A stretch of DNA of 64,000 nt, from positions 105,838 through 169,837 of the forward strand of contig CBDCVK010000006.1 in the NCBI GenBank assembly GCA_965223005.1, read 5' to 3'. The DNA is from Terriglobia bacterium (lineage in GTDB: Bacteria > Acidobacteriota > Terriglobia > JAJPHL01 > JAPKYU01). Below the pieces are notes generated by a model. That model had not been told where the DNA came from. It saw only the letters and a program-made list of their open reading frames with translations, and did not search any database. Made by a program: the position numbers and the translations under genes. Positions 9,221-21,387 of this stretch are shown here, in pieces (position 1 is the first letter of the stretch; every line of letters begins with the position of its first letter).

Positions 9221-10227
9221 AAATCGTCAGCCGCGCCCCCACGCGGGTGGATCTGGCCGGCGGCACGTTGGACATCTGGCCGCTCTACCTGTTCCACGAG
9301 GACGCCCAGACGATCAACTTCGCTACCACGCTCTACGCCACCTGCGTCATCGAGCCTCGGCGCGACAAGCGGATTCACCTTAAATCCCACGATCTGGGAC
9401 TCGGCGAGACTTTCGGGAACCTCGCGCAGGTGATCAAGGCCGATCGCTACAAGCTCCCTTTGCTAGCTCGCCTGATCCGCTTCTTTGCACCGGTCCAAGG
9501 TCTGACGCTGACCACCACCTCGGAGGCCCCGGCCGGAGCCGGTATCGCCGGCTCCTCGGCCCTGAACATAGCCGTGTGCGGGGCGCTCAACCAGTGGACC
9601 GGGGCAGGCTTCCCCAAGTCCAAATTGGTGGAGATTGCTCGCAACGTGGAGGCCCAGGTGATCCGCGTGCCCACCGGGGATCAGGACTTTTATCCGGCGA
9701 CCTATGGTGGCGTGAACGCCATTCGGCTGACGCCCGGCGGCGTGATCCGGGAACGAGTTCGGGTGGACAGCGGAGCGCTGCTGCGCCGGCTCGTGCTGGC
9801 CTACACCGGGTTCCCACGCGAGTCGGGCATCAACAACTGGGAGGTGATGAAAGCGCACATTGATGGTGACAAGCGGGTGATCCGCAACTTCACCCGTATC
9901 GCCGAAATTTCGCGGCTGCTTCGGTGGGCGCTGGAGCGGCAGGACTGGGAAGAAGTGGGTCGCTTGATCCAGGCCGAATGGAACCATCGCAAGAGAAACG
10001 CCCCGGGCATCACAACGCCGCTCATTGAGCGCCTGACCCGGGTGGCTTCCCGCCACGGGGCGACCGCGGCCAAGGTCTGCGGAGCCGGAGGCGGGGGTTG
10101 CGTGCTGTTCTACGTGGAGGACGGCGCTAAGCGACGCGTAGCCCAAGCGCTGGCGAGCCATGGCGGCCGTATCCTGCCTGTCGGCATCTCGGCCCACGGA
10201 CTCACCGTCCGGGTGTACCGGACATGA
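9217..10227 (+). CDS. GHMP-family sugar kinase (HddA/heptose-7-phosphate kinase-like)
   Basis: APTRVDLAGG, PAGAGIAGSS, GDQD, KVCGAGGGG. ATGA overlap with lpxD. Confidence 0.85.
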   Translation: MKIVSRAPTRVDLAGGTLDIWPLYLFHEDAQTINFATTLYATCVIEPRRDKRIHLKSHDLGLGETFGNLAQVIKADRYKLPLLARLIRFFAPVQGLTLTTTSEAPAGAGIAGSSALNIAVCGALNQWTGAGFPKSKLVEIARNVEAQVIRVPTGDQDFYPATYGGVNAIRLTPGGVIRERVRVDSGALLRRLVLAYTGFPRESGINNWEVMKAHIDGDKRVIRNFTRIAEISRLLRWALERQDWEEVGRLIQAEWNHRKRNAPGITTPLIERLTRVASRHGATAAKVCGAGGGGCVLFYVEDGAKRRVAQALASHGGRILPVGISAHGLTVRVYRT

Positions 10228-10252
10228 AGCGGCAAGCTACTCGGGTTGAAAG

Positions 10253-10281
10253 AGCAGATTCCTCGCTTCGCTCGGAATGAC
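10253..10281. repeat. REP-like palindrome (half element)
   Basis: AGCAGATTCCTCGCTTCGCTCGGAATGAC, 28/29 identical to 30561-30589. Confidence 0.75.
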
Positions 10282-10295
10282 CAGGGAGCACCCTC

Positions 10296-10355
10296 GCCAG
10301 AATCGCAGAGACCGGGCCAGAATCGCAGAGACCGCGCCAGGATCGCAGTGACCAC
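10296..10355. repeat. 3 x 20-bp tandem repeat
   Basis: GCCAGAATCGCAGAGACCGG / GCCAGAATCGCAGAGACCGC / GCCAGGATCGCAGTGACCAC. Confidence 0.85.
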
Positions 10356-10364
10356 GGTTGAACC

Positions 10365-11251
10365 ATGACCCCTAAGTTTCCCCTTCCGTTTGCTGGCCCG
10401 CCGGGTCGTTTGCGGGCGGCCTGGCGCTTCTTTCTGTTCGTTCTCCTGTATGTGCTTTCTGCCTGGGTGGTGATGGGATTGTTGCTGTTTCCGGCATCCC
10501 CGCCTACGGCCAACCTGCAGTTCGTGCTGTTCTCGGTGATCGCGGGCTTGTTCGCGGTGGCGATGGCCACATGGTTCATGCTGGGAGCGGTGGAGCACCG
10601 ACCGCTCAGCTTTGTCGGGCTGGGAGGCGAGCCGGGCTGGTTTTCCCAACTGGCCGGCGGCTTTCTGCTGGGGCTCGCCATGATAGGGGGTGTCGCATTG
10701 CTGCAGTGGGCCACCGGGCACTTGCGGGTGGTTCCAAGCGGGGTTCCGGCAGCGGACGGTGTCGCCCGCCTGCTGTTGTTTTTCTTCGTTTTTCTGGCCG
10801 GCGCAGTGCACGAGGAGCTGCTGGCCCGCGGCTACCCCTTCCAGCGGCTGCTGGAGGTACTTGGGACGCCAGCGGCGGTATTAGTCCAGGGGGCCATTTT
10901 TGCCGCCCTGCATTACAGCAATCCCAGCGCCAGCTTGGTGGGCACGGTTAACACCATGCTGGTAGGTATCTTGTTCGCCGTCGCCTACCTGCGCACCGGA
11001 CGACTGTGGCTGCCCATTGGGCTGCATTGGGGCTGGAACTTTTTTGAAGCGGCTTTTGGATTTCCCGTGAGTGGGATTAGAATAGTATGTGGACCGCTGG
11101 TGGCAGAGGTCAGCGGAGCCGAGTTGCTCCACGGCGGTGGGTACGGGCCGGAAGCGTCATTGCCCGCTACGTTGGTGATTTCGGCGGTCACTGTGGCGCT
11201 GATCCTGCGAGGGGGTCAAAGCCAGACGCCAGCGCGCTCGAGCGAAGTTCA

Positions 11252-11255
<4 letters not shown>
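10365..11255 (+). CDS. CPBP (CAAX/Abi) family intramembrane metalloprotease
   Basis: HEELLARGY, FAALH, IGLHWGWN motifs, multiple TM segments. Confidence 0.9.
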
Positions 11256-13316
<2,061 letters not shown>

Positions 13317-13372
13317 AACGAAAAAGTCCCGGACTAAGAGCTCCGGCCTTGGACCCTGAACAGGGACGGTTT

Positions 13373-14581
13373 ATGCCTAAGCTTTCCATTCGCGACCTCC
13401 AGCTGAAAGGGAAGCGCGTCTTCATTCGGGTGGATTTCAACGTCCCCCTGGCGGGTGATCATGTGGAAGACGACACCCGCATCCGCGAGACTCTGCCCAC
13501 GCTTCGGCTGGCGATCGAGGGCGGTGCGCGGCTGGTACTGGCCTCGCATCTGGGTCGTCCCAAGGGCAAAGTGAATCCCAAGTATAGTCTCAAGCCCGCG
13601 GCCGGCCGGCTCGCCGAGCTGCTCGGCAAACCTGCCAACTTTGCTCCCGACTGCGTGGGTCAGGAGGTCGAGCGATTGGCAGGTGCCTTGAAGGACGGCG
13701 ACGTGTTGCTGCTCGAGAACCTGCGCTTCCACCCCGAGGAGGAAGCCAATGACCCGAAGTTTTCCCGGCAGCTGGCCGCACTGTGCGACATCTACGTGAA
13801 CGATGCCTTCGGCAGCGCGCACCGGGCTCACGCGTCCACCGAGGGAATTGCCCGCCACGTGACGCCAGCGGCCGCCGGCCTGCTAATGGAGAAGGAGTTG
13901 CGGTATCTGACGCAAGCCATCACCGACCCCGCCCGTCCGTATGTGGCGATTCTCGGCGGCGCCAAAGTGTCCGACAAGATTGAGGTGATTAACAATCTGC
14001 TGCAGCTTTGCGACAGCCTGTTGATCGGCGGGGCCATGGCCTACACCTTCCTTCGCGTCAAAGGACGACCCGTGGGCGGTTCGCTGGTGGAAGCCGACAA
14101 GCTGGACCTGGCGCAGCGGGTGCTCGACGAAATCAAGCAGCGTAAGTTCCGCTTCCTGCTTCCCTCCGATCACGTCACCGCCCAGAAAGCGGAAGCGGGC
14201 GCCGAAAAGCACGTGGTGGATGACTCGGCGCCCGGCGGCGTTGCGGAGGGCTGGATGGGGTTGGACATCGGCCCGGCCACCACCCGTACCTATGCAGCCG
14301 AGATTGCCCGCGCCAAAACTGTAGTGTGGAACGGCCCGATGGGTGTGTTTGAGATCGACGATTTCGCCCAGGGCACTCTGGAAGTGGCTCGGGCAGTGGC
14401 CGCCTCTGGGGCGCTCAGTATTGTCGGCGGCGGCGACTCGGTTTCGGCTCTGGCCAAGGCCGGGCTCACGGAGAAGGTCACCCACGTCTCCACGGGCGGG
14501 GGGGCCTCGCTGGAATTTCTCGCCGGGCGAAAGCTGCCCGGCGTGGAAGCCCTCACGGAAGCCACCCGCGCCAGCCGGTAG
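13373..14581 (+). CDS. pgk: Phosphoglycerate kinase
   Basis: RVDFNVP, SHLGRPKG, LLENLRF, WNGPMGVFE, STGGGASLE. Confidence 0.98.
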   Translation: MPKLSIRDLQLKGKRVFIRVDFNVPLAGDHVEDDTRIRETLPTLRLAIEGGARLVLASHLGRPKGKVNPKYSLKPAAGRLAELLGKPANFAPDCVGQEVERLAGALKDGDVLLLENLRFHPEEEANDPKFSRQLAALCDIYVNDAFGSAHRAHASTEGIARHVTPAAAGLLMEKELRYLTQAITDPARPYVAILGGAKVSDKIEVINNLLQLCDSLLIGGAMAYTFLRVKGRPVGGSLVEADKLDLAQRVLDEIKQRKFRFLLPSDHVTAQKAEAGAEKHVVDDSAPGGVAEGWMGLDIGPATTRTYAAEIARAKTVVWNGPMGVFEIDDFAQGTLEVARAVAASGALSIVGGGDSVSALAKAGLTEKVTHVSTGGGASLEFLAGRKLPGVEALTEATRASR

Positions 14582-14676
14582 CAGCCGCCTTTGGGAAGAA
14601 TGGAAGTGGGCAACAGTCGAGAATTTCTTGCGATGATAGAATGGATAAAGATGGGGGTCTGAAATAGGAGAAGGCC

Positions 14677-17088
14677 ATGCCGGTCAACGCCAAACAGGAA
14701 ATCCAGTCTGGGCACGGTTACGATCTGGAGATCTTACAGAGAATTCAACATCGGGTTCTCTGGCTCAGCACGCAGATGATCCACCATGCCAATTCCGTGC
14801 GCGACAATCCCGGCAAGGTGAAGGTGGGTGGGCATCAAGCCAGTTCCGCGTCCATGGTAAGCCTGATGACCGCGCTTTACTTTCACACTTTGCGCACCGG
14901 TGACCGAGTGTCCGTGAAGCCCCATGCCTCCCCCGTTTATCATGCCATTCAGTTTCTGCTGGGGAAGTTGCCGGAAGAGAAGCTCAAGGAATTCCGCAGT
15001 TTCAAAGGATTGCAGGCCTATCCCAGCCGCACCAAGGATGTGGATGGAGTGGACATTTCTACCGGCTCGATAGGGCTCGGGGCGGTCACACCCAACTTTG
15101 CGGCGCTCACACAGCAGTTTGTTCAGGACCATTTCGGTCGTCCTGGACGAAGTCGCTTTGTTGCCCTCGTGGGAGATGCCGAATTGGATGAAGGAAATGT
15201 CTGGGAAGCTCTCGGGGAAGAGAATCTCCGGCGCCTGGGCCGGGTGCTTTGGATTATTGACCTCAATCGACAAAGCCTGGATCGGGTCGTACCCAGTGGG
15301 AAGGCGCAAAAAATCGAGGAAATGTTCCGCGTCAACGACTGGCATGTGCTGGAACTGAAATACGGCCGACGCTTGGAAGAAGCCTTTGCTCGGCCAGCCG
15401 GGCAGAAGTTGCGCCTTCGCATTGATTTGATGAGCAACGAGGAGTATCAAAGCCTGCTGCGGCTCAATGATGGAGAGAAAATCCGACAAAAGTTAGCATG
15501 GAGTGACGGAGTCCTCGACGAGGAATTGCTGCGCCTGCTCGAGACTTATCCCGCCCGGGAAATGAAGAGTTTGTTATCGGATCTGGCTGGGCATGATTTA
15601 CAAGAAATCCTGACCGTTCTCGAAGAAGCTGAGCAGATTAACACCGGCCCCGTGGTCATTGTGGCCTATACCATCAAAGGCTGGAGCTTGCCCATTGCTG
15701 GTGACCCACTGAATCATTCCAAGCTGCTGACCCAGCAGCAAATGGAGGAACTCCAGCAGCAATTGGAAGTCCCTACGGGGGAGGAGTTTGCAGGCTTCGC
15801 TGAGGGAAGCCCGGAGGCGCGCTATGTTCAATCTCACCTGCAGCGCTTGAAATTACAAGCAGAGGAGTTGAGCGCTCCTGGTCCAGCGGCCCACCCACCA
15901 ATTCCCGAGACACTGCACTCCACCTACAAGGGGGAGACGTCTACCCAGCAGGCTCTGGGCAGTCTCCTGCTGGCCTGCAGCCGTATCCCCGAGATTGCCG
16001 AACGACTGGTCACCGTCTCACCTGACGTGGCTACCTCTACCAACCTGGGCGGATGGATCAACAAGATGGGGGTATATTGCCCCCAGGAAATGAACAATTA
16101 CTTTCGCGAAAATGCGATTCCATTAATGCTAAATTGGGAGCAGAAGCCGCGAGGCCATCATATTGAGCTGGGTGTTTCCGAAAATAACCTTTTCCTGCTT
16201 CTGAACGCGCTCGGCTTGGCCCAAGAACTCAGCGGAGAAACGTTGCTTCCGATGGGAACCCTCTATGACCCATTCGTTTGTCGGGGTCTAGATGCTCTCA
16301 TCTATTCAGCTTACAGCAAATCAAAGTTTATCTTTGCTGCTACGCCTTCGGGAATCACGTTGGGCCCGGAAGGCGGGTCTCATCAGTCCTTCATCACTCC
16401 ATCCATCGGCATCGAACTGCCCAATCTGGTTTACTACGAGCCCACTTTTGCCCACGAACTGGAATGGATTTTCTTGGCAGCATTGAGAAACCTGTTGGAT
16501 CGGAAGGAAGGGCAAATTGTTTATTTGCGGCTGTCCACTCGACCTATCGAGCAAGCTCTTTTCCCGCAAAAAAGGTTGGGCGACGAGACATACGCCAACA
16601 CTTTGCGTGAACATGTCGTGCGCGGTGGTTATCGGATTGTCGATTACAGTGCCGAGCCCTCCTACCAACCTGGAGTGAATGTCGTAAACATTTTCTCCTG
16701 CGGGGTCATGATCCCCAATGCCATAGAAGCCAGCCAGTTACTTCGCGAGGAAGACGTCTTTGCCAATGTGATTAGCGCGACCAGTCCCTGTCTCCTCTAT
16801 CGCAGCTGGCAACAAGCCAACAAGCACAGGATGAAAAGCTCGACCGCCGGAGTCGGTTTTCATCTGGAACGTTTGATCCCTCTGGCGGAACGCCAGGCCC
16901 CCGTCGTCACCGTGATGGATGGCCATTCCCACGCGCTTTCCTTTATTGGCAGTGTCTTTGGGACCAGAACCATCGGTCTGGGAGTGGAGGAATTTGGCCA
17001 GTCGGGTACCCAAAAAGAACTTTACGATTACTATGGAATCAGCACCGGAACCATTGTTGAAGCGGCCATACAGTCACTGGAAGAGTGA
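14677..17088 (+). CDS. ThDP-dependent AceE-type (homodimeric) 2-oxoacid dehydrogenase E1-like protein
   Basis: KVGGHQASSAS, HASP, GDAELDEG...DLNRQSLD ThDP motif, FGQSG C-terminal motif. Confidence 0.8.
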   Translation: MPVNAKQEIQSGHGYDLEILQRIQHRVLWLSTQMIHHANSVRDNPGKVKVGGHQASSASMVSLMTALYFHTLRTGDRVSVKPHASPVYHAIQFLLGKLPEEKLKEFRSFKGLQAYPSRTKDVDGVDISTGSIGLGAVTPNFAALTQQFVQDHFGRPGRSRFVALVGDAELDEGNVWEALGEENLRRLGRVLWIIDLNRQSLDRVVPSGKAQKIEEMFRVNDWHVLELKYGRRLEEAFARPAGQKLRLRIDLMSNEEYQSLLRLNDGEKIRQKLAWSDGVLDEELLRLLETYPAREMKSLLSDLAGHDLQEILTVLEEAEQINTGPVVIVAYTIKGWSLPIAGDPLNHSKLLTQQQMEELQQQLEVPTGEEFAGFAEGSPEARYVQSHLQRLKLQAEELSAPGPAAHPPIPETLHSTYKGETSTQQALGSLLLACSRIPEIAERLVTVSPDVATSTNLGGWINKMGVYCPQEMNNYFRENAIPLMLNWEQKPRGHHIELGVSENNLFLLLNALGLAQELSGETLLPMGTLYDPFVCRGLDALIYSAYSKSKFIFAATPSGITLGPEGGSHQSFITPSIGIELPNLVYYEPTFAHELEWIFLAALRNLLDRKEGQIVYLRLSTRPIEQALFPQKRLGDETYANTLREHVVRGGYRIVDYSAEPSYQPGVNVVNIFSCGVMIPNAIEASQLLREEDVFANVISATSPCLLYRSWQQANKHRMKSSTAGVGFHLERLIPLAERQAPVVTVMDGHSHALSFIGSVFGTRTIGLGVEEFGQSGTQKELYDYYGISTGTIVEAAIQSLEE

Positions 17089-17180
17089 AGCAACCTTGGA
17101 AAGCTAGGTTGCTACCGAATCATCAGCAAAAGTAGCAGAACTGCCAGCCGGCACTTGGTACCTGACACCCGAACCTGCCT

Positions 17181-17789
17181 TTAGTCAAAACTCTTGCGCA
17201 TCATCTCGGCGAAGTTCTCCCCCGACTCGGTCCACAGCAAGCGCTTTTCGACCGGCAGTCGGTTCTCCAATTGGTGGACGAAGTCCATCAGCTTGCGGAG
17301 GTTTTCCTGAAGGCGCCGGCGATAGTCGCCTGTCAGCATGCGCGCCTGGGCATCGGGGATGTCCTGGTCCGCACGGAAGGGCGTGTCCAGACCAAAATCC
17401 ACTTCCAGGTGACCGCGCTCGGTTTGTCCGTCCTCAAAATCGGGGCCGTGGCAAAGCAATGTGACCGAGCGCGCTGCCCTCCTCCAGGCCGCTGCGCCCC
17501 CGTTGGTCTGGAATACCCACAGGTCCCAGAACATGGACGCTTGGTAGGAATAATCGACATGCAGGAACTCGGCGGCCAGCGCCAGGACGTCGCCAATTTC
17601 GGCGCCCTCGCGGAATGTCTGATCCACAACGGGAGGCTCGGTCCAGTTGAGAGGATGGACCCGCAGAGCCTGCACCCGGGGGCGCAACTCGGAGTAGGGA
17701 AATGCCTCCAACAGTACGCGGAAGCGTTCTAGCATCCGCGCCTCTTCTTGCTCCTTTAGCCAGAGACTTAGGTAGAAACGGTCAGCCAT
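17181..17789 (-). CDS. Conserved hypothetical protein
   Basis: 202-aa ORF filling the gap (MADRFYLSLW...LLWTESGENFA). Confidence 0.65.
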   Translation of the reverse strand: MADRFYLSLWLKEQEEARMLERFRVLLEAFPYSELRPRVQALRVHPLNWTEPPVVDQTFREGAEIGDVLALAAEFLHVDYSYQASMFWDLWVFQTNGGAAAWRRAARSVTLLCHGPDFEDGQTERGHLEVDFGLDTPFRADQDIPDAQARMLTGDYRRRLQENLRKLMDFVHQLENRLPVEKRLLWTESGENFAEMMRKSFD

Positions 17790-17846
17790 GAGTTTGTTCG
17801 GACTGCTCTGCTCGATGACTGTGGGCTACGTCCTCGAGCTGCGCAC

Positions 17847-19682
17847 TTATCCAGGGGTCTCAAGCGTCAGATCCCACCCGCCTAAGTGATGCAAGCGGGT
17901 TGCCGCCGGAACGATTGCTGGTTCCCCTGCTGTTATCCAGCGGGCAACCTCCTTCCGGTGACCGAGTCGGGGCACCTTCCTGACCCGGCTGATTCCATCC
18001 CAGAAGAAGAAGTTTTCAACTCCTCCACTATAGAGGAAGTGCGCTTTGCGAAGGTATTGCTCGGACGTCAGGGCACGTGGCATCAGGTTAAGAGCCAACC
18101 GGCAATTCGTCCCCCTCACCAGCGAAACGAAGTAGTCGATATCCTCGCGATTCTCCCAGGCCGGTTCGTAGCTGTTCAAACGAATGGAGGACGAGTAGGG
18201 AATAATCGTGTCGACCAGCCCCTCGTGGATCCATGTGTGGAGATCCATCCCGTGCAGCCGGTTCTCTTCCTTTCGGAATACGACAGCTGAGATGGCCACT
18301 CGTTGCGACCGCTGCGTCCGTTGAATGACTTCATCCATTTCCTTTCTTAGCTCCCGCATAAACTCAGTGAGTGCCGAGCTTCGATAGGAGAGCCAGCGGG
18401 GATCGTGCTCGTCCAGTTGGCGAGGGTCCTGGCCATAGCGGGCCGTGAACCCCTCGACCAGAGGCGCTTCGTAAGCGACGAGCGGGGGCCGGCGGTTGTA
18501 GAGGACACACACGCCATCGATGGGATACTCCGCCATTTCTCGAAACAACCGGAGCACATAGCGGCGAGTCTCCGGAAAGGCATAAGACATTCTTGGCAAC
18601 CTGGTTCCGTCCCGAGCCACACAAACCAGCTCAGGATGTTCTTTGATAAAACTTCCCCGGATATCATCATATGGGGGTGGATGGACAAATCCCGCCGTTC
18701 GATAAGCCGCGTGAAATTCGACACCGATCTTCTTTGCGAATTCAGCAGCCACTCGAAGCTGATCCGTCCCTTTCTGTCGATAGGCCTGCCAGGTTAAAGC
18801 CCACTCGCGGTCAATGACTCGAGGGAAGAAAACCGGAGCATCCTCAAGCGAGCTGGCGTAGTCCCTGCCAATCTGAGAGAAGTACAAGGTACGGTCGCCG
18901 CCTCCCGCTTCCCAGTAGATGCGAGCCACGTCGGTGTGGCGCAGGGGTTCAAGGTATTTGAGAATCTCCTCAGTGGATCCGGTGACGTTGGAGAGGTGAG
19001 CATCGCTATGCACGAATAGCCGTTTGGTATCCGTTCGGCTCCGGTCCTCTTGCACGGCGCGAACCTCTTCTTCAGAAAGAGGGACCAATTTGATATATCC
19101 AACCCAGCTATGTTGAACCCTTGGTAATTTAATCTGGCGAATGACGATATCGCGCCCGGTCAAATCGGCGGTTTTCCAGTAGATATCATCGATCCAGTTC
19201 TCTTGATGATCCGTTTCACCAGGGCGCCCGGTTAGAATGGTATAAGCTGGATCGTCGCCGAGTTTAACCTGGACTTGTTTAGGGCGTTCAAACGGCTTTC
19301 GATAGATCCCGATGTAGATTTCGTACCAACCTGAGCGACCCAAGGAATAGCTCACGTCTGGTGCGTCGCTCTCCTCGGTAGCTACCAACATCGTCCCCGA
19401 AAAAGCGCGGCTTTTGTACTTAAGCATCCGCCAGACGCCCGGTGCTGAACCCTCCGACAAAGCCGCCGAGGGCTGGCATTTCTCTAGATCCGACAGATAA
19501 ATCGCTATCCCCTCACCAACGGGTTCCCCCTTACTCCGCCCCGATTCTTGGGCGCGGACGAGAGGAGGCTGAATTCCGGCTGTGACTCCGGCGAGTCCCG
19601 TTGCTTTCAGAAACTGCCGTCGACTAAGTGGAGCCAATCTCGATTGCGGACCCTTTGGCGACCGCCGATCGGTACGTCGCAT
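17847..19682 (-). CDS. Tat-exported GHL10-like glycoside hydrolase (TIM barrel)
   Basis: Twin-arginine SRRQFLK, D.LRVAAEFAKKIGVEFHA, EHPE, SYAFPETR, YPIDGV. Confidence 0.65.
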   Translation of the reverse strand: MRRTDRRSPKGPQSRLAPLSRRQFLKATGLAGVTAGIQPPLVRAQESGRSKGEPVGEGIAIYLSDLEKCQPSAALSEGSAPGVWRMLKYKSRAFSGTMLVATEESDAPDVSYSLGRSGWYEIYIGIYRKPFERPKQVQVKLGDDPAYTILTGRPGETDHQENWIDDIYWKTADLTGRDIVIRQIKLPRVQHSWVGYIKLVPLSEEEVRAVQEDRSRTDTKRLFVHSDAHLSNVTGSTEEILKYLEPLRHTDVARIYWEAGGGDRTLYFSQIGRDYASSLEDAPVFFPRVIDREWALTWQAYRQKGTDQLRVAAEFAKKIGVEFHAAYRTAGFVHPPPYDDIRGSFIKEHPELVCVARDGTRLPRMSYAFPETRRYVLRLFREMAEYPIDGVCVLYNRRPPLVAYEAPLVEGFTARYGQDPRQLDEHDPRWLSYRSSALTEFMRELRKEMDEVIQRTQRSQRVAISAVVFRKEENRLHGMDLHTWIHEGLVDTIIPYSSSIRLNSYEPAWENREDIDYFVSLVRGTNCRLALNLMPRALTSEQYLRKAHFLYSGGVENFFFWDGISRVRKVPRLGHRKEVARWITAGEPAIVPAATRLHHLGGWDLTLETPG

Positions 19683-19736
19683 TTTCTACTCCTGTCAGAG
19701 GCACCAAAGATGGCCACCAGGCAATCCGCGTTGATT

Positions 19737-20099
19737 CTAGATTGCCTCTAGCTTTTTTAGCACGGCGCGCCAGGTGTCCACCGCTAGTACCGCAGCGTGT
19801 TTGCTGGCCGTCTCCAGCTTGCCCACCGCCTGCTCGACCGCAGTGGTAGTGATCTGTTCCACCTCCCCCAGAGGCCGGTCGCTGACCAGCTCTGTGAGCG
19901 CCGAGCCACAGGCCATCGCCGCCACGCAACCACGGCACTTGAACCGGATGGCCGCAATCCGCCCGTCGTGCGCTTTCACCCACAGCTTGAGGATGTCGCC
20001 GCAAACCGGGTTAGAGAACTCGACTACGGCGTCGGCATCTTCCAGTTCCCCGGCATTGCGCGGGTTGCGGAAATGTTCGAGCAGCAGTGGGTGGTGCAT
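19737..20099 (-). CDS. IscU/NifU-N family Fe-S scaffold-like protein
   Basis: LEHFRNPRNAGEL, NPVCGD, FKCRGCVAAMACGS. Confidence 0.88.
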   Translation of the reverse strand: MHHPLLLEHFRNPRNAGELEDADAVVEFSNPVCGDILKLWVKAHDGRIAAIRFKCRGCVAAMACGSALTELVSDRPLGEVEQITTTAVEQAVGKLETASKHAAVLAVDTWRAVLKKLEAI

Positions 20100-20170
20100 C
20101 CTTGGCTCTCACAGGTACAGGTCCCGCACAGGCCCTTTACAGGCACCCGGTTGCATGGCACAATGCGCCA

Positions 20171-21337
20171 GTGCCAGCCATCCGAGAATACTGGCAGGTC
20201 CTCAAGAAAATCAATCGCCGTCGGCAGTTGGAGTCGCTATTCCTGTTTGTTACCTCGCGATGCAACTCTGTCTGCCAGACCTGTTTCTACTGGGACAATC
20301 TGAACAAGAACCAGGACCTCAGCTTCGAGCAAATCGAAGGGCTTTCACGCACCGCGCCGCTCTTCCGTAAGTTGTGGCTCTCAGGCGGTGAGCCGTTCCT
20401 GCGCCCGGAGCTAGCCGACATCATCACCATGTTCGCCCGCAACAACGGCGTCGACACCGTGAACCTGCCTACCAACGGCCTGCTGCCGCGCAAAATTGAT
20501 CAGGTGGTGGGCCGGGTGCTGGAGGACAACCCAAACCTTACCATTGACTTGAACTTTTCCCTCGACGGGTTGGCCAATACCCACGACACTCTCCGTGGCG
20601 TCCCGCGCAACTTCCAGCGCACCCTGGAGACAATGGCGCTGATGGAGCGCAACTATCGCGGCGTGCGCCGTCTTCGCCGCAACGTGGTCTCGGTCATTAC
20701 GACCGACAATTACCGTGAGCTGGTGGAGCTAGGCCTGAAGCTGCTGGGCGACGGCAACGCCAGCGGGCATTACTTTGAGATCATCCGCGGCAACCCCCTC
20801 GATCCGCGCCTGAAGCACCTTCCACCGGAAGAGCTGCGCGCTCTCCACCAGAGGTTGTTTTCCATTCACGAGCAGTACGCGGACCGGCTCTTCGACGGGC
20901 TACCGCCAGTGCCTCGCTGGTTCGCTCGGATGTACTACCTGGGCACCGTTAAGTTCCACTTTGACGTCCACCAGCAGTGCCACTACGAGCCACACCGCTG
21001 GCCTATGCCGTGCACGGCCGGCGCCACGTCGGTGGTGATTGACCACAATGGCGAGTTCCGCGCCTGCGAGATGCGCGGGTCGCTGGGGCGGGTGCAGGAG
21101 TTCGACTGCAATCTGACTCAGGTCCTCGCCTCGCCACAGATGAAGACCGAGGTGGACGAGATCCCCCGGGCCAACTGCTGGTGCACCCATAGCTGCTTCC
21201 TCCACGACAGCATGAAATTCGCCCCACGCGTGCTGCTGTTCAGCCTGCCCTGGCGTTATCTGAAGGCGCACTTGGGGCGGCTGCCGCAAACCGACGTGCA
21301 GGAGCTGGAAAAGTTCCGCATGCCCCTCCCTACCTGA
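20171..21337 (+). CDS. Radical SAM protein with SPASM/twitch-type C-terminus
   Basis: CNSVCQTC (CxxxCxxC), SGGEPFLR, CTAG...ACE and CWCTHSC. GTG start chosen 6 bp after a -10-like hexamer. Confidence 0.88.
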   Translation: MPAIREYWQVLKKINRRRQLESLFLFVTSRCNSVCQTCFYWDNLNKNQDLSFEQIEGLSRTAPLFRKLWLSGGEPFLRPELADIITMFARNNGVDTVNLPTNGLLPRKIDQVVGRVLEDNPNLTIDLNFSLDGLANTHDTLRGVPRNFQRTLETMALMERNYRGVRRLRRNVVSVITTDNYRELVELGLKLLGDGNASGHYFEIIRGNPLDPRLKHLPPEELRALHQRLFSIHEQYADRLFDGLPPVPRWFARMYYLGTVKFHFDVHQQCHYEPHRWPMPCTAGATSVVIDHNGEFRACEMRGSLGRVQEFDCNLTQVLASPQMKTEVDEIPRANCWCTHSCFLHDSMKFAPRVLLFSLPWRYLKAHLGRLPQTDVQELEKFRMPLPT

Positions 21338-21387
21338 GGCAAGTGAGCAAAAGCTCAGGGCAGGCCCGCGGCCTCCGCTGAATCCGC

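Noticed and set aside
10296-10355. Possible mini CRISPR array
   Set aside because: Units are contiguous with no unique spacers, and no cas genes are present in the window.
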